DNA of 64,000 nt from a bacterium (GCA_016699995.1 CP064996.1:266357-330356), one strand, 5' to 3'. Shown: positions 44,025 through 53,136, counted from the first letter of the stretch. A program made the numbers and translations. Notes: generated from the letters alone by a model not told the origin.

Positions 44025-46709
44025 TTACCACCACAATCCAGGAATTCCCAAAGCTTTCATTTGGCTGCGGGTCTTGCTGCCGAAATAGCCAGAGCTAGGT
44101 GAAATTTTATATTTTGCCTGGTACTCGCTTAGCGCATTTTTAGTATAGCTGCTAAATAGGCCGGTCGCTGTTATTTTCTCGAGCTCATTTGCTTTGGGGC
44201 CCGTAGCATGATTGATAAGAATCGTTTGCAGCTGCTTAACATCTTCGCCGGTCATGCCAACAGTGAGATCTCGAACTTTAGTTTGGATGGACGCTTGCGC
44301 ATCCTGAGCGGGCACCTGAGGCGTGGTAATAATTTTTTCACCATTTAATACAGCTCGCGTAACAGAGTTTAGGACCCCATTAGCAGGTTTTATGCCGTTG
44401 GCAGCCTGAAACTTTGCCAGGGCCGTTGCAGTTAGCTTGCCGAAGGTAGTAGTCTCGCTGTTTGGGGATCCTGGTCCGTTGGAGCTTACGATGTAACCAT
44501 TGGCGTTAAGATATTTTTGCAACTCTTTTATGTCACTATGGTTGGCTCCAGGTTTGAAATCCTTGCTGAAGAAGAATTTATTGCTCACACTGCTGACTGG
44601 ACTGCTTGGCACGGCAAGCACTTCTTGGTATTGGCATCTTGAATTATCAGAAATCGAATTTGGGAGATAATTCTTTGCTTTAGGATCGGTGCACCCGTAG
44701 GGGAGAGGGGCTGGTGCGCTGCCGTCGCCTCCACCATAGCTAGATCTTACCTCTCCGAATATTCCGAAAATAGAAAACCCAGGAGCAGTGCAAGTTATGT
44801 TATTTGTAGAGGTGGTAACTACACAGTCGTTTAAGGCCGACCAAGCATTATCATGGTAGTGATATAGTCGAAGAGTTCCTTCCAAATAATTTTCTGCATC
44901 GGCGTCTGAGTAGTCATAACTGATGGTTACAGGGATATCAAAATTATCCAACAGTGTTGTAGAATTGATCAATGCCTTCACATCGAAAACAATATTACCC
45001 ATCAGATTAACAGTCGAACTTGGATTACCTAAAGAGTTCAATATAGTCGTGGATGGCAAGGAGCGGATCTGGATAGCGACAGAGGCAGCGTCATCGGTAA
45101 AATTAGCCGGCGCTTGAACGGTAATGGTGTGATTGTTATCAGATAAAGAGGTGGTGCCCCCGGCATTGGCATCAAGAGTTTCATTACTGTCTTTAAGGGG
45201 TTCTGTATCGTTGGTACAGCCAGAGGTCTTAAAGGTGTAATCCGACGAAGATGCCATGCTGGTGTGGATGGATCCGTCGGCCGACCGTACTCGGTAATGG
45301 TAGGTAGCGCATGGGACCAGTCCGGAAAGGTTAACAGTATGGCTCGTTACCCGCGGCGAGGTGTCGGATTCGGCTGTAGTAGAACCGTAGCTGTTATTTG
45401 GACCGTACTGAACTTGACTGGAAGCTGTTTCGTTTGTGGTCCAGGTAATTACAGCCGTGGTAGAACTTGGGTTGGCCGAAACAGAGCTAAACGTCGGCGG
45501 AGTAAAGTCTCCGGTTGTAAAATTCCAGGTGGTCGTGTTAGAAATCCCGGCATAATAAACATTCGAACCATTTTTAAAAGCCGTATTTGGGATTTGAATG
45601 TAATAACCGGTGTTGTCTATAAAAGTGGTAGATGGATTGATAGTGATTGTACTTGTACCGCTGCCGCTAACTAAACCGCTACCCACAGCTATGGTTTCTA
45701 CGGTGGTGTCGTCGGAAGCTTTCTTAATCACAATATTACCTGTATCTACAGTAACGCTTGAGCTGAAGGTTATCACTAAGTTAGGGTTTGCTGCGATATT
45801 GGTGGTATTGTCTGCCGGAGAGAAAGAGTTTACAGTGGGTTCATTAGTGGTGGTTATAGAGATGTTTTTAGCTACTACGTTAGGCATATCTCCGTCAGCT
45901 CCAAATTCAACAATATAACCAGCTAAATTGTGGGTACATGGCAGGTCGTTCCAAAAATTACTGCTCACGTAGAACTGGGCACAGTCTTCATTGCCGCCTG
46001 CATCATTTGGTTCGCCGGAAGCCCAACGATTGTATTGCCCTCCGACGACACTACCGCTGCCATTGCCAGACCAAAATTGAGTGCCATTTTCCGGGCCTGT
46101 GACCCATCTCCAAGCTCCTTCTACTGCAGAATCACTGGCTCCAAACCAGCCATCGCCAGAAATTCTGGCAGCCACGAAATCATTTTCTGCCTGCGAAGTG
46201 ATGGTAGCCAAATAACCGGTCGAGCCGTAAGCGGTCTGGCCGGTCGCTGCGGTGACGGCTGAGTTCCACGAGATTGTGCCAGAGATGTATTTATATAAGT
46301 GACCGTTAGTTTCGAAGAAAACCTCACCAGGCTGTACCATAGAAACTTCTAAAGTGTCGCTTCCTGTGCCGGGGCGGGTATAAGTTAAAGTGGCGAGGGC
46401 ATTATTGACGTTGGTAAGGCTCCCGCTGAACTGTACAGTAGAGCCAGAGCTGCCGCCAGTAAATGTCAGTCCGGTAGTGGTGCTCATGGCTAAGGTACCG
46501 CTGGTTACACGCAGCCTAACTGGGATTGGTTCGCTGCCTGTTCCGGTGATCTGTAAATCTGTGATTGGCATAGCAACGCTGGATGTGCCGCTAAAACTGT
46601 TGCTGCCGGAAATTGAATAAACTGCCTGAGCAGTTTTCAAAGGGTAATTAAAACAGAATCCTATCACTAGGACCAGGGCAAAGAAGGAAAGGAAAGATTT
46701 TTTCATCAT
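44025..46709 (-). CDS. large secreted surface protein: C-type-lectin-like domain, Ig/FN3-like repeats, tandem C-terminal peptidoglycan-binding domains
   Basis: Signal peptide MMKKSFLSFFALVLV (start placed at 46709). CAQFY...WNDLPC lectin signature. Two C-terminal LQ.xLN..GY / KFQ PG_binding_1-like repeats. Confidence 0.7.
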   Translation of the reverse strand: MMKKSFLSFFALVLVIGFCFNYPLKTAQAVYSISGSNSFSGTSSVAMPITDLQITGTGSEPIPVRLRVTSGTLAMSTTTGLTFTGGSSGSTVQFSGSLTNVNNALATLTYTRPGTGSDTLEVSMVQPGEVFFETNGHLYKYISGTISWNSAVTAATGQTAYGSTGYLATITSQAENDFVAARISGDGWFGASDSAVEGAWRWVTGPENGTQFWSGNGSGSVVGGQYNRWASGEPNDAGGNEDCAQFYVSSNFWNDLPCTHNLAGYIVEFGADGDMPNVVAKNISITTTNEPTVNSFSPADNTTNIAANPNLVITFSSSVTVDTGNIVIKKASDDTTVETIAVGSGLVSGSGTSTITINPSTTFIDNTGYYIQIPNTAFKNGSNVYYAGISNTTTWNFTTGDFTPPTFSSVSANPSSTTAVITWTTNETASSQVQYGPNNSYGSTTAESDTSPRVTSHTVNLSGLVPCATYHYRVRSADGSIHTSMASSSDYTFKTSGCTNDTEPLKDSNETLDANAGGTTSLSDNNHTITVQAPANFTDDAASVAIQIRSLPSTTILNSLGNPSSTVNLMGNIVFDVKALINSTTLLDNFDIPVTISYDYSDADAENYLEGTLRLYHYHDNAWSALNDCVVTTSTNNITCTAPGFSIFGIFGEVRSSYGGGDGSAPAPLPYGCTDPKAKNYLPNSISDNSRCQYQEVLAVPSSPVSSVSNKFFFSKDFKPGANHSDIKELQKYLNANGYIVSSNGPGSPNSETTTFGKLTATALAKFQAANGIKPANGVLNSVTRAVLNGEKIITTPQVPAQDAQASIQTKVRDLTVGMTGEDVKQLQTILINHATGPKANELEKITATGLFSSYTKNALSEYQAKYKISPSSGYFGSKTRSQMKALGIPGLWW

Positions 46710-46769
46710 TAACTTAATTATATCATCGTTATTATTAGCCTGGCGTGTAGTATGTGGATAATTAGTATC

Positions 46770-46799
46770 AAAATACCGCATTGATATGCGGAATTTTTG
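46770..46799 (-). terminator. intrinsic terminator after DUF2200 gene
   Basis: CCGCA-tatcaa-TGCGG stem followed by TATTTTGATA on the minus strand. Confidence 0.55.
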
Positions 46800-46836
46800 T
46801 AGGTTGGAGCACCGCTCAAGAAAGGTGATTATTATC

Positions 46837-47187
46837 TTACGCTCGTAAAATCTTTTCCATCGCCTTGCCTCGGGCCAGCTCGTCTATAAGCTTGTCTAGA
46901 TAGCGGATCTCTTGCATTAAAGGTTCTTTGATCTCTTCTACGCGCATGCCGCAAATCACTCCGGTAATGAGCGAGCGGTTAGGGTTGAGCTTAGGGGATT
47001 GGGCAAAAAAAGTTTCAAAGTCAACTTGTTTTTTAATCTGAGCTTCGAGCTTCTTTGCCGTATAGCCAGTGAGCCATTTAATGATCTGATCTACTTCGGC
47101 TTTAGTGCGGCCTTTTCTTTCGGCTTTAGCAACGTATAGCGGATAAACGCTGGCAAAGCTCATAGTATAGATGCGGTGGGGTTTCAT
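46837..47187 (-). CDS. DUF2200 family protein
   Basis: [20 protein letters not shown]-terminus, characteristic of DUF2200. Confidence 0.65.
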   Translation of the reverse strand: MKPHRIYTMSFASVYPLYVAKAERKGRTKAEVDQIIKWLTGYTAKKLEAQIKKQVDFETFFAQSPKLNPNRSLITGVICGMRVEEIKEPLMQEIRYLDKLIDELARGKAMEKILRA

Positions 47188-47534
47188 TTTTTTATATGTA
47201 TATGAATTTTATTTTTAAGAACCGTCTCAACTTCGGCTAAGGCATCTGCAATTAGAGCTACATGTTTTTCTATCGTCTCGTTTTGTATGTGAATAGTATG
47301 GTAACCATTCTTTTGGGAATAGTAACCCCGAGAAATATCTGTAATGATTTGCTTGGCTTGAGTTATATGGTGCAGGCCATCAACTTCTATATTTAATTTA
47401 GCTTTAGGGATGGTTAAATCGATGGTTTTTGAACCATCGTAGAATTCTGTAAATACAGTAACACCCCGTGATTCCAACGCATTAATCAGGGCTTGAGCTT
47501 GTGGGGTAGGATTTTTATGGTGTGAAATTTTCAT
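47184..47534 (-). CDS. DUF559 (Vsr/endonuclease-like fold) domain protein
   Basis: ..IDL.....KL.IEVDG.HH core. ATGA overlap with the downstream DUF2200 gene. Confidence 0.55.
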   Translation of the reverse strand: MKISHHKNPTPQAQALINALESRGVTVFTEFYDGSKTIDLTIPKAKLNIEVDGLHHITQAKQIITDISRGYYSQKNGYHTIHIQNETIEKHVALIADALAEVETVLKNKIHIHIKK

Positions 47535-47693
47535 GGTTTTTTCTCTTCCATATCATGTTGCTTAATAACTTTCTCGTGTAGGTTTCTAGAACCCTTTCAA
47601 TTTCTAAAATCTGTTATATGGCTCTTAAATCACTAGCATGAATTTGTTTGGGTGTTTTTTCATTTTAACTTTCGCTATAACTAGACTTTTTTA

Positions 47694-48827
47694 TCAATCT
47701 ACCATAATTTCTTCCGCTTCGGGAAAAGAGTTATAGCCTTTTGCCCGCATACTGGCGCAGTAAGCACCGGTGTCGTAAATTCGGACCTCGTCGCCAATAT
47801 CTGCTTTTTTCAAAGTTCGGGTTTCAATAACTTCCGGGTTGCCGGCAGCAGGGGAGAGTATGTCGCCGCTTTCACAGTTGTGACCCACCACTATATAATC
47901 AAGCGTTTCTGCGGAGTCATTAATAACTTCGATTTTATGTCGGGCTCCGTAGAGACTACTGCGTAAAAAATCATTCATTCCGGTGTTGAGCTTTATAAAA
48001 GTGAAGCCATCTGTGCCTGTATCGACAATGTCGTCGATGTAAGCTACCAATGTGCCGGCGTGAGCGATAAAGTAGGTGCCAGGTTCGATTTCTAAATGTA
48101 CTTGTCGTTTGGTTCTTTGCTCAAATTCCGAAAGCTTATCCGAAAACACTGTCATGATTTGTACTAAATTGGCTTCTTGCTCGTCGCCATATCGATGAAT
48201 TTTAAAACCGCCTCCAATGTCTAGAATGGTTGCGTTTGGGAATTTTTCTACTATATCTAGCGATTTATCCATGACTTCGCCCCACACGCTGGGGTCGGCA
48301 CCTGAGCCAACATGAATATGCACGCGGTCGATGGTGATGTTATGAGTGTTGGTAAGTTGTAATACTTCATTGATGTATTCATGCCAGATTCCAAAGCTGG
48401 CATTGCGTCCACCGGTGCTGGTGCGGTTGTTGTGGCCATAACCTATATCAGGATTAATGCGCACGGCAACGGCGGTCGGGCGGGTGGGAGTGTTGACGAA
48501 AGCATTGAGCTGATTAACAGAAGTTGCGACAAACTTCACACTTTGGTTTAAGAGCTCCGGCAGGTTATGAGCTAGCTGTTGGGAAGATAGCGAAATGCGG
48601 TCGCCGGCAACCCCTTGCTTAAGAAGCTCCGCTGCTTCGTAGCTCGAGCTGGAATCGAAGCTGATCCCGGCTTCGTTTATCATTTTGACAATTTCCGGGT
48701 GAGGATTAGCTTTCACAGCATAGCGAACTGTAAGGCCGTATGGAGCGGATAAGTTTTTAAATTGCGCGATACTTTCGCTAACGGCCGAGCGGCTGTATTC
48801 GTAGCGAGGTGTGTTAGGAGAAGTCAT
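47694..48827 (-). CDS. lysA: PLP-dependent decarboxylase of the Orn/DAP/Arg family, probably diaminopimelate decarboxylase
   Basis: YAVKAN PLP-lysine motif, GGG loop and C-terminal beta-sandwich. Confidence 0.75.
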   Translation of the reverse strand: MTSPNTPRYEYSRSAVSESIAQFKNLSAPYGLTVRYAVKANPHPEIVKMINEAGISFDSSSSYEAAELLKQGVAGDRISLSSQQLAHNLPELLNQSVKFVATSVNQLNAFVNTPTRPTAVAVRINPDIGYGHNNRTSTGGRNASFGIWHEYINEVLQLTNTHNITIDRVHIHVGSGADPSVWGEVMDKSLDIVEKFPNATILDIGGGFKIHRYGDEQEANLVQIMTVFSDKLSEFEQRTKRQVHLEIEPGTYFIAHAGTLVAYIDDIVDTGTDGFTFIKLNTGMNDFLRSSLYGARHKIEVINDSAETLDYIVVGHNCESGDILSPAAGNPEVIETRTLKKADIGDEVRIYDTGAYCASMRAKGYNSFPEAEEIMVD

Positions 48828-48866
48828 AATTTTTGCTCTACTTATTTTAAACTGAGCGGTTTTATG

Positions 48867-49733
48867 TTAGCCGCCATAAATTCTAGTTTCAACATCATCT
48901 TGCAATGCATTGCCATCTTCGTCGAGAACTTTATTAACATGGTTCACCTCCACTTTGCCTTTCCTTAAAATCGAGTCGAATTGTTCTTCTGTAATTTTAT
49001 AAAAGGCGGGTTGGTAACTGCTCCAGGTATCTTTGGTTTCATTCAAGACTAAATTTGGATTAGTAGGGTCGTAAATAAAATAACCGTTTTCACTTTGTAT
49101 TATATTATATGCGTGGGCATCTTCTGGTGCTTCTGCTGGAATTCGGCACTTGGAAGAGAATACTATAGAGGAGTTTAGTCCGCTGAATCGCAGCAAGTTT
49201 TGAGCAACGGAAGCTTTTTCGGCGCATACTGCCATCTTCTCTTCTTTAAAGTCTTTGATAGAGATGAATTCTGGGCCGTCTAAACCAGATTCATCCATGT
49301 AAAATTTAAAGTTTTTCTGCAGGCCCTCGTTGCTGGTTAGAAGACTTCCAAAGTATTGATAGATTGCAGTTTGAACAGCCGTAGGAATAATTTGCCGCAG
49401 TGAGTGGTCTTTATACCGCTCGTCAGCTCTGGCTTGCTGCACTTTTTCCATCAAAATATTGTAAATTTCGTTATCGTCCAGATGTATAGGGCTTACTATC
49501 ATGCTGCGTCGCACGTTTGAGTCTGGGTGAATAAATTTATTATAAATATTATTGTGGACTAAAGAGATGCCTTCCGGGGAGGTGGAGTTAGTGAGCTGTT
49601 CGACTCTGTTATCTATAAATTCTCGAATCTTTTCTTCGTCTTCGGATGTTAAACATGCTCCCATTTCTGAAAGAACTTTTTCGTACTCCGATAAGTGAGC
49701 TTCGGTTTCTGGTCTGGATTCGGAAAATGACAT
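48867..49733 (-). CDS. transglutaminase-like cysteine-protease-fold protein
   Basis: MAVCAEKASVAQNLLRFSG (Cys), HAYNII (His) and DPTN (Asp) triad spacing typical of the transglutaminase-like core. Confidence 0.5.
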   Translation of the reverse strand: MSFSESRPETEAHLSEYEKVLSEMGACLTSEDEEKIREFIDNRVEQLTNSTSPEGISLVHNNIYNKFIHPDSNVRRSMIVSPIHLDDNEIYNILMEKVQQARADERYKDHSLRQIIPTAVQTAIYQYFGSLLTSNEGLQKNFKFYMDESGLDGPEFISIKDFKEEKMAVCAEKASVAQNLLRFSGLNSSIVFSSKCRIPAEAPEDAHAYNIIQSENGYFIYDPTNPNLVLNETKDTWSSYQPAFYKITEEQFDSILRKGKVEVNHVNKVLDEDGNALQDDVETRIYGG

Positions 49734-49734
49734 G

Positions 49735-50031
49735 CTATTTCAACTCCACCTGAATGACCTTAACTTCGCTGTCGCTGTTATTCTTCACGGAGTGCTCACT
49801 GGCAGGGGAGAAGAAGGATGTTCCTGTAATCAGCTCGATAGTTTTTACGGTCCCGTCCGAGCTGGCCATTTCTAAGCTACCACCTTGCAAGACAGTAATA
49901 ACATTGTCCGGGTGAGTGTGCATTTCTGCGCTGTCGCCAGGCTTAACTGTCACTTCTAAAATTCTGACTTTGTCGTTTTCGTGAATGACTTTATGCAAAT
50001 GCGGGGCGATTGATACTGCGTCGTTGTTCAT
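49735..50031 (-). CDS. cupin-domain protein
   Basis: G.S...HTHPD and ...H cupin motifs, 98 aa. Confidence 0.65.
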   Translation of the reverse strand: MNNDAVSIAPHLHKVIHENDKVRILEVTVKPGDSAEMHTHPDNVITVLQGGSLEMASSDGTVKTIELITGTSFFSPASEHSVKNNSDSEVKVIQVELK

Positions 50032-50130
50032 GTTAGCGGAAGCTTATTTATTTTCTAAATATTTGGAAATAAATATTTCCTATTATTGAATATGTATTTG
50101 CTTTCTTTGTCGTAGAATTTGGCCATGTGA

Positions 50131-50382
50131 TTACTCTTGTGTACCGTCGTCTTCTTCGATGATATACGCAGGAAGCTTACCCGAAGATAGCAGCCACATC
50201 ATCACGGCCAGTCCAAGAAGTATAATCGAAATCATGACATACCCAATGGTACCCATTTCTTCGCGAGCTTCTTGCGGGCCGAAGAAGTTAAGATAGGTTA
50301 TAAAGCTCCAGATCACAACAAATAGAGGTATTAAAAACCACCTTTGCCATTTTGGTAGATATAATTTTTTAGTTCTCTTCAT
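50131..50382 (-). CDS. small hypothetical membrane protein
   Basis: 83 aa, two hydrophobic helices. Confidence 0.4.
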   Translation of the reverse strand: MKRTKKLYLPKWQRWFLIPLFVVIWSFITYLNFFGPQEAREEMGTIGYVMISIILLGLAVMMWLLSSGKLPAYIIEEDDGTQE

Positions 50383-50427
50383 GGGTTGATAATCATATTA
50401 TTAATTCTGTTGTTATCACAACTTCAT

Positions 50428-50459
50428 AATAACAAAAAACCACCCAAATCAATAGGTGG
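50428..50459 (-). terminator. intrinsic terminator after tRNA-Gln(UUG)
   Basis: CCACCTA-ttgat-TGGGTGG stem followed by TTTTTTGTTATTAT on the minus strand. Same architecture and flank as the terminator after the other tRNA-Gln. Confidence 0.65.
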
Positions 50460-50463
50460 CGCT

Positions 50464-50538
50464 TGGCTGGGGTACCAGGATTCGAACCTGGGAATGAGCG
50501 GACCAAAACCGCTTGCCTTACCACTTGGCTATACCCCA
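50464..50538 (-). tRNA. tRNA-Gln (anticodon UUG), encoded CCA
   Basis: 75 nt. UGGGGUA/UACCCCA acceptor. Anticodon loop UUUUGGU. GGTTCGAATCC T-arm. Close to the E. coli tRNA-Gln sequence. Confidence 0.85.
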
Positions 50539-50634
50539 ATATAGAACAGAATCAATTTAAAATACCTAACTATTATAGTTAAAAACAAGGTGTTTGGCAA
50601 CCCTGTCACCTTGTCATCCGGTCACCAGTCGCGC

Positions 50635-50662
50635 CGCCAGACACCTTGCGAGCATGTTATAA
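50635..50662 (+). promoter_or_regulatory. extended -10 promoter (TGtTATAAT) giving a leaderless transcript, overlapped by an inverted-repeat arm
   Basis: TATAAT at 50657-50662 lies only 9 nt before the ATG at 50672. The IR arm GCCAGACACCTT at 50635-50646 pairs with AAGGTGTTTGGC at 50586-50597. Confidence 0.5.
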
Positions 50663-50671
50663 TTAAAGCCT

Positions 50672-51586
50672 ATGTCTCAATACTATCAGGCTAAGCGAGT
50701 TAAAAATTTATATAATCCGAGCGATAAACAGCCTTTTAAATTGTCGCGCAGCAAGTTGGAATTATTCCTCAACTGCCCGCGTTGTTTTTACATGGACCGC
50801 CGCTTGGGAGTAGGGCAGCCTCCTGGTTTTCCGTTTAATCTTAACTCCGCGGTCGACCATCTTCTTAAAAAGGAATTCGATGTTCACCGCGCTAAAAACA
50901 CCAAGCATCCGTTAATGGAACATTACGGCGTAGACGCGGTGCCGTTTGCTCACGCCAACATGGACCAGTGGCGCGAGAACTTCGTGGGTGTTCAGGCTCT
51001 TCACAAAGACACTAACCTTCTTATTTTCGGTGCCGTCGACGACCTCTGGACCAATCCGGCAGGGGAGTTAATAGTGGTAGACTACAAAGCCACTTCCAAA
51101 GACAGTGAAGTGAACTTGGATGCCGAATGGCAGCGCGGTTATAAAAATCAGATGGAAATTTATCAGTGGCTGTTACGCCAAAATGGTTTTGATGTAAACC
51201 CGACCGGTTACTTTGTATACTGCAACGGCAAGCGTGATGCCGAAGCTTTCGATGGCAAACTCGAATTCGACATCAAACTTATCCCTTACACCGGCGACGA
51301 CAGCTGGGTAGACGGCGTTATTCAAAAAGCTAAACAATGCTTGGACGGCGAGCTTCCGACTTACGCTCCAACTTGCGACTACTGCGCATACAGGCAAGCT
51401 GCGGGCGGGGTTGAGGGCGCAGCAAAAGGCACCGCGCCTAACAATGTCTTATCACACACCCCAAGCGCGGAAACAACTGTCACAAAAGTTAAAGCCAAGC
51501 GCACCAGCTGGGAAGCGGCTAAAGCCAAAGTGGCTAAATCGGCAAAAAGACCTGCTCCCCCTGCTGGTTCGGCACCTCTTTTTTAA
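50672..51586 (+). CDS. Cas4/RecB-like PD-(D/E)XK nuclease with 4-Cys Fe-S cluster and Lys/Ala-rich C-terminal tail
   Basis: N-terminal CPRC and C-terminal C..CDYCAY Cys pairs. IVVDYK nuclease motif. C-terminal roughly 60 aa are low complexity and K/A-rich. Confidence 0.65.
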   Translation: MSQYYQAKRVKNLYNPSDKQPFKLSRSKLELFLNCPRCFYMDRRLGVGQPPGFPFNLNSAVDHLLKKEFDVHRAKNTKHPLMEHYGVDAVPFAHANMDQWRENFVGVQALHKDTNLLIFGAVDDLWTNPAGELIVVDYKATSKDSEVNLDAEWQRGYKNQMEIYQWLLRQNGFDVNPTGYFVYCNGKRDAEAFDGKLEFDIKLIPYTGDDSWVDGVIQKAKQCLDGELPTYAPTCDYCAYRQAAGGVEGAAKGTAPNNVLSHTPSAETTVTKVKAKRTSWEAAKAKVAKSAKRPAPPAGSAPLF

Positions 51587-51640
51587 CGATTCTAAAATTC
51601 GAACAAATTAGCTATAATATAGATAATTAAGGATAAATAT

Positions 51641-52837
51641 ATGAAAAAATTAATTGGTTTTGCCTTGGCTGGTTTTGCAGTCTTCGCGCTCGTTGCGCCT
51701 TTGGCTCTTACAGCTAACGCAGCAGAATTTATTTCCGCAAGCGATGATTCTGGTAACGTGACCTTGTCTCAAGGTGATACTCATCACAATGCTTACGTGG
51801 CTGGAGCTAGTGTGTTCGTCAACAGCGCCGTTACAGGCGACTTATACGCTGCAGGGGGCACCATCACTGTAGAGAATACTATCGAACAGGATGCAGTGGT
51901 TGCTGGTGGTACGGTAATTCTTAACAGCAGCGTGGGCGGCGATGTTCGCGTAGCTGGTGGTACTCTTACCATTAATGGTCCGGTTGCCGGCGACCTTATT
52001 GTAGCCGGTGGTGTTGTGACAGTGACAGAAAAAGCCACAGTCGGCGGCGATCTTATTGTAGCCGGCGGGCAGATTACACTAGATGGTAGCGTTGCCGGGA
52101 AAGCAATGATCAACGGCGGAGCAGTTATTGTAAACAGTGCTATAACTGGTCCGTTACGAGTAACCGCTAGCGAATCTCTGATGTTTGGCGCTAAAGCAAA
52201 TGTTGCTCAAAAAATTAGCCACAAAGGGATAAAGGAAGCGACAGTAAATGAAGCAGCTACCGTAGGCGAAATTGAGTTCACTCAAATGAAGAGTCACAAC
52301 AATAAGGCTGGTGCAGCGATTGCCGCTATCTTTACGATCGGATTTGTAGTTAAGTTGCTCGCAGCTATTTTAGCCGGCTTGTTGTTGATGAAACTCCTGC
52401 CTCTTTCTTCTCGCAGAGCAGTAGCAAAGATTTCTGATAATCCCTGGGCCAATCTCGGAATTGGCGTATTGGTATTGTTCGTAGGTCCAGTTGCAGTCAT
52501 CTTTACTCTAATCACGTTTGTCGGCATGTACTTAGCGATTATCGCTTTCCTCGTTTGGCTCTTAGCTCTGGTATTGGCTAGCTTAAGTAGCGGGGTGTTT
52601 GTGGGCAGTTGGATCGTTCAAAAGCTTACTAAGAAGACCGAGATGGCTTTTGACTGGCAGGCTCTCGCGATTGGTGTAGTGGCATTAGCTGTTATCAAGT
52701 TCATCCCTATAATCGGCTGGCTGTTTGTATTTGTGGTACTGCTCATGGCCTTCGGTGCAATGATGCGCATGCTGGTTGGTCATATCAAACACGAACAGAG
52801 CCATGCTAATCACGCCGCTCAGACAGAAGTTGTTTAG
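51641..52837 (+). CDS. secreted beta-helical repeat protein (bactofilin/DUF583-like repeats) with C-terminal multi-TM anchor
   Basis: Signal peptide. About eight roughly 20-aa repeats of G(D/G)L(I/Y)VAGG.(I/V)T(V/L). Four C-terminal hydrophobic helices. Confidence 0.5.
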   Translation: MKKLIGFALAGFAVFALVAPLALTANAAEFISASDDSGNVTLSQGDTHHNAYVAGASVFVNSAVTGDLYAAGGTITVENTIEQDAVVAGGTVILNSSVGGDVRVAGGTLTINGPVAGDLIVAGGVVTVTEKATVGGDLIVAGGQITLDGSVAGKAMINGGAVIVNSAITGPLRVTASESLMFGAKANVAQKISHKGIKEATVNEAATVGEIEFTQMKSHNNKAGAAIAAIFTIGFVVKLLAAILAGLLLMKLLPLSSRRAVAKISDNPWANLGIGVLVLFVGPVAVIFTLITFVGMYLAIIAFLVWLLALVLASLSSGVFVGSWIVQKLTKKTEMAFDWQALAIGVVALAVIKFIPIIGWLFVFVVLLMAFGAMMRMLVGHIKHEQSHANHAAQTEVV

Positions 52838-52856
52838 TAATTAATATTTAGTGTAA

Positions 52857-53135
52857 ATGGGAATATTCGATAAACTCAAAGATGTAAACGAAATGCGCAA
52901 GCAGGCCAAGCAGATCGAAATGATGCTGGCTAGCGAAGAAGTGATAGGTAAATCTTCTGGCAGCAAGATAGAAATTATTATCGATGGCAATCAGAATGTA
53001 AAAAGCGTGAAAGTTGATGATTCTATTGTTGGAGATAGGGGAGACATCGCCCGCAACATTCGCGAAGCGCTGGAAGACTTAAACAAGAAGCATAAAAAAA
53101 TGCTGCAGGGAAAATTCGGCAGCATGATGCAGTAA
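52857..53135 (+). CDS. ybaB: YbaB/EbfC-family nucleoid-associated protein
   Basis: 92 aa. MRKQAKQIEMML ... G.SSGSKIEIIIDGNQNVKSV pattern of YbaB. Confidence 0.78.
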   Translation: MGIFDKLKDVNEMRKQAKQIEMMLASEEVIGKSSGSKIEIIIDGNQNVKSVKVDDSIVGDRGDIARNIREALEDLNKKHKKMLQGKFGSMMQ

Positions 53136-53136
53136 T

